From: Bacilli bacterium
GTDB taxonomy: Bacteria > Bacillota_I > Bacilli_A > RFN20 > CAG-826
Direction: 5' to 3'
Length of the DNA: 64,000 nt
Assembly: GCA_044372565.1 (NCBI GenBank)
Contig: JBILRP010000002.1
Coordinates: 17,396-81,395 of the forward strand
In this document: in pieces, positions 63,128 to 64,000 of the stretch
Position numbering within the stretch: the first letter of the stretch is position 1
How the letters are laid out: every line of letters begins with the position of its first letter
Program-made: the position numbers and the translations under genes
The notes under the pieces: model-generated
The model's input: the letters and a program-made list of their open reading frames with translations, nothing else
Told to the model about the DNA's origin: nothing
Database searches by the model: none

Positions 63128-64000
63128 ATGGGATTAAAAGCAGGTATCGTTGGTCTACCCAACGTTGGCAAATCAACATTGTTTAATGCCATTACGAATG
63201 CTTCGGTTGAAGCAGCGAATTATCCTTTTGCCACGATTAACCCAAACACTGGTGTGGTTGCCGTACAAGATGTTCGTTTAGATTTCTTATCTTCTTTATT
63301 TAAACCAAAAAAAACAGTTGCGACCACCGTCGAATTTGTCGATATTGCCGGACTTGTAAAAGGCGCGGCCAAAGGCGAAGGTTTAGGCAATCAATTTTTA
63401 GCAGCGATTCGTGAGGCTGATGCCATCGTTCAAGTGGTTCGTTGTTTTGATTCTTCAGAAATTATTCACGTGGAAAATTCTGTTAACCCTGAACGTGACA
63501 TGGACATCATCAATTTAGAACTTATCCTATCTGATCTAGATACCATTCAACGTCGCTTAGACAAGGTGAATGCAAAAGCTCGAGGCAATGACAAACAAGC
63601 GATTGTCGAATTAGCAATGCTTCAAGTCCTTAAACCTCAATTGCTCGATGGTATTCCTGCGCGATTGGCAAACTTAACGCCAGAACAACGTCTCTTAATT
63701 GATCAAGAGTATCATCTGTTAACCAACAAACCAATCTTGTATGTGGCCAATATTGCCGAAGATGGGTATGGCTCACTTGCCCAAAACGCTTATTACCAAC
63801 AAGTGTTAGCCCGCGCGAAAAAAGAAGGCGCTGAAGTGGTCGCCATCTCTTGCGAAATTGAGTCACAAATATCTAAACTTCCTGATCAAGAAAAACAAGA
63901 GTTTTTAAATTCATTAGGGATTGTAGAACCAGGCTTAAATCCATTGGTGAGAGCAACGTATCAATTACTTAAACTCGCCACTTATTTTACGGTTGGTCAA
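63128..64000 (+). CDS. ychF: redox-regulated ATPase YchF (Obg-family GTPase-like); 3' end outside the window
   Basis: Absent from the ORF track because there is no stop in the window. Hand translation from ATG 63128 gives MGLKAGIVGLPNVGKSTLFNAITNASVEAANYPFATINPNTG..., the YchF signature. RBS GAGGT. Confidence 0.9.
   Translation, partial: MGLKAGIVGLPNVGKSTLFNAITNASVEAANYPFATINPNTGVVAVQDVRLDFLSSLFKPKKTVATTVEFVDIAGLVKGAAKGEGLGNQFLAAIREADAIVQVVRCFDSSEIIHVENSVNPERDMDIINLELILSDLDTIQRRLDKVNAKARGNDKQAIVELAMLQVLKPQLLDGIPARLANLTPEQRLLIDQEYHLLTNKPILYVANIAEDGYGSLAQNAYYQQVLARAKKEGAEVVAISCEIESQISKLPDQEKQEFLNSLGIVEPGLNPLVRATYQLLKLATYFTVGQ

Noticed and set aside
63630-63866. 78-aa minus-strand ORF near the window end
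   Set aside because: It is antisense to the clearly recognisable ychF coding sequence, which the ORF track does not list because it has no stop in the window.
1-64000. Search for CRISPR arrays, transposases or integrases, restriction-modification, toxin-antitoxin or other defence modules
   Set aside because: I saw no repeat-spacer periodicity, no recombinase or transposase motifs, and no methyltransferase, nuclease or small paired-ORF signatures. The window is essentially core-genome synteny with a few accessory membrane systems.

Overview
This window is densely coding and mostly on the plus strand. It looks like low-GC Firmicutes/Mollicutes-type core chromosome. The standard genetic code applies: TGA is used as a stop and Trp is TGG. 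Gene order strongly resembles Bacillus core neighbourhoods: ecfA1-ecfA2-ecfT-truA...rplM-rpsI, sufCDSUB, mnmG-rsmG-parA-parB, cmk-der-gpsA, dnaD-nth/recU...gpsB-rnpB, and pgsA-cinA-recA-rny-ymdB-miaB-ymcA-mutS-mutL-miaA. My taxon guess is an Acholeplasma-like Mollicute or a close Firmicute relative. It rests on an alMGS-like glycolipid glycosyltransferase, several lipobox lipoproteins, and the absence of ponA next to recU. RNA genes are four tRNAs (Ile-GAU; Val-CAC, Thr-UGU, Leu-UAG), all with encoded CCA, and a type-B RNase P RNA. I found no rRNA, CRISPR array, transposase, integrase, or recognisable defence or toxin-antitoxin module. I also found no convincing single novel system. The best candidates for uncharacterised biology are:
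- a translationally coupled pair of fused NBD-FtsX (MacB-type) ABC proteins with large, unequal extracytoplasmic domains (58349-62732);
- a ParB whose CTPase motifs (GERRxR, ENxQR) are degenerate;
- an MprF-flippase-like membrane protein coupled to a glycolipid GT4;
- a DUF2207-LemA membrane pair in an AT-rich block downstream of a tRNA cluster;
- a 220-aa head-only CCA-type nucleotidyltransferase;
- a DEDDh exonuclease translationally coupled to recU;
- a long structured rny leader;
- an in-frame TAA near the 5' end of comEB.
All coordinates and motifs were read by eye from the sequence. Family assignments come from remembered motifs, not from searches.
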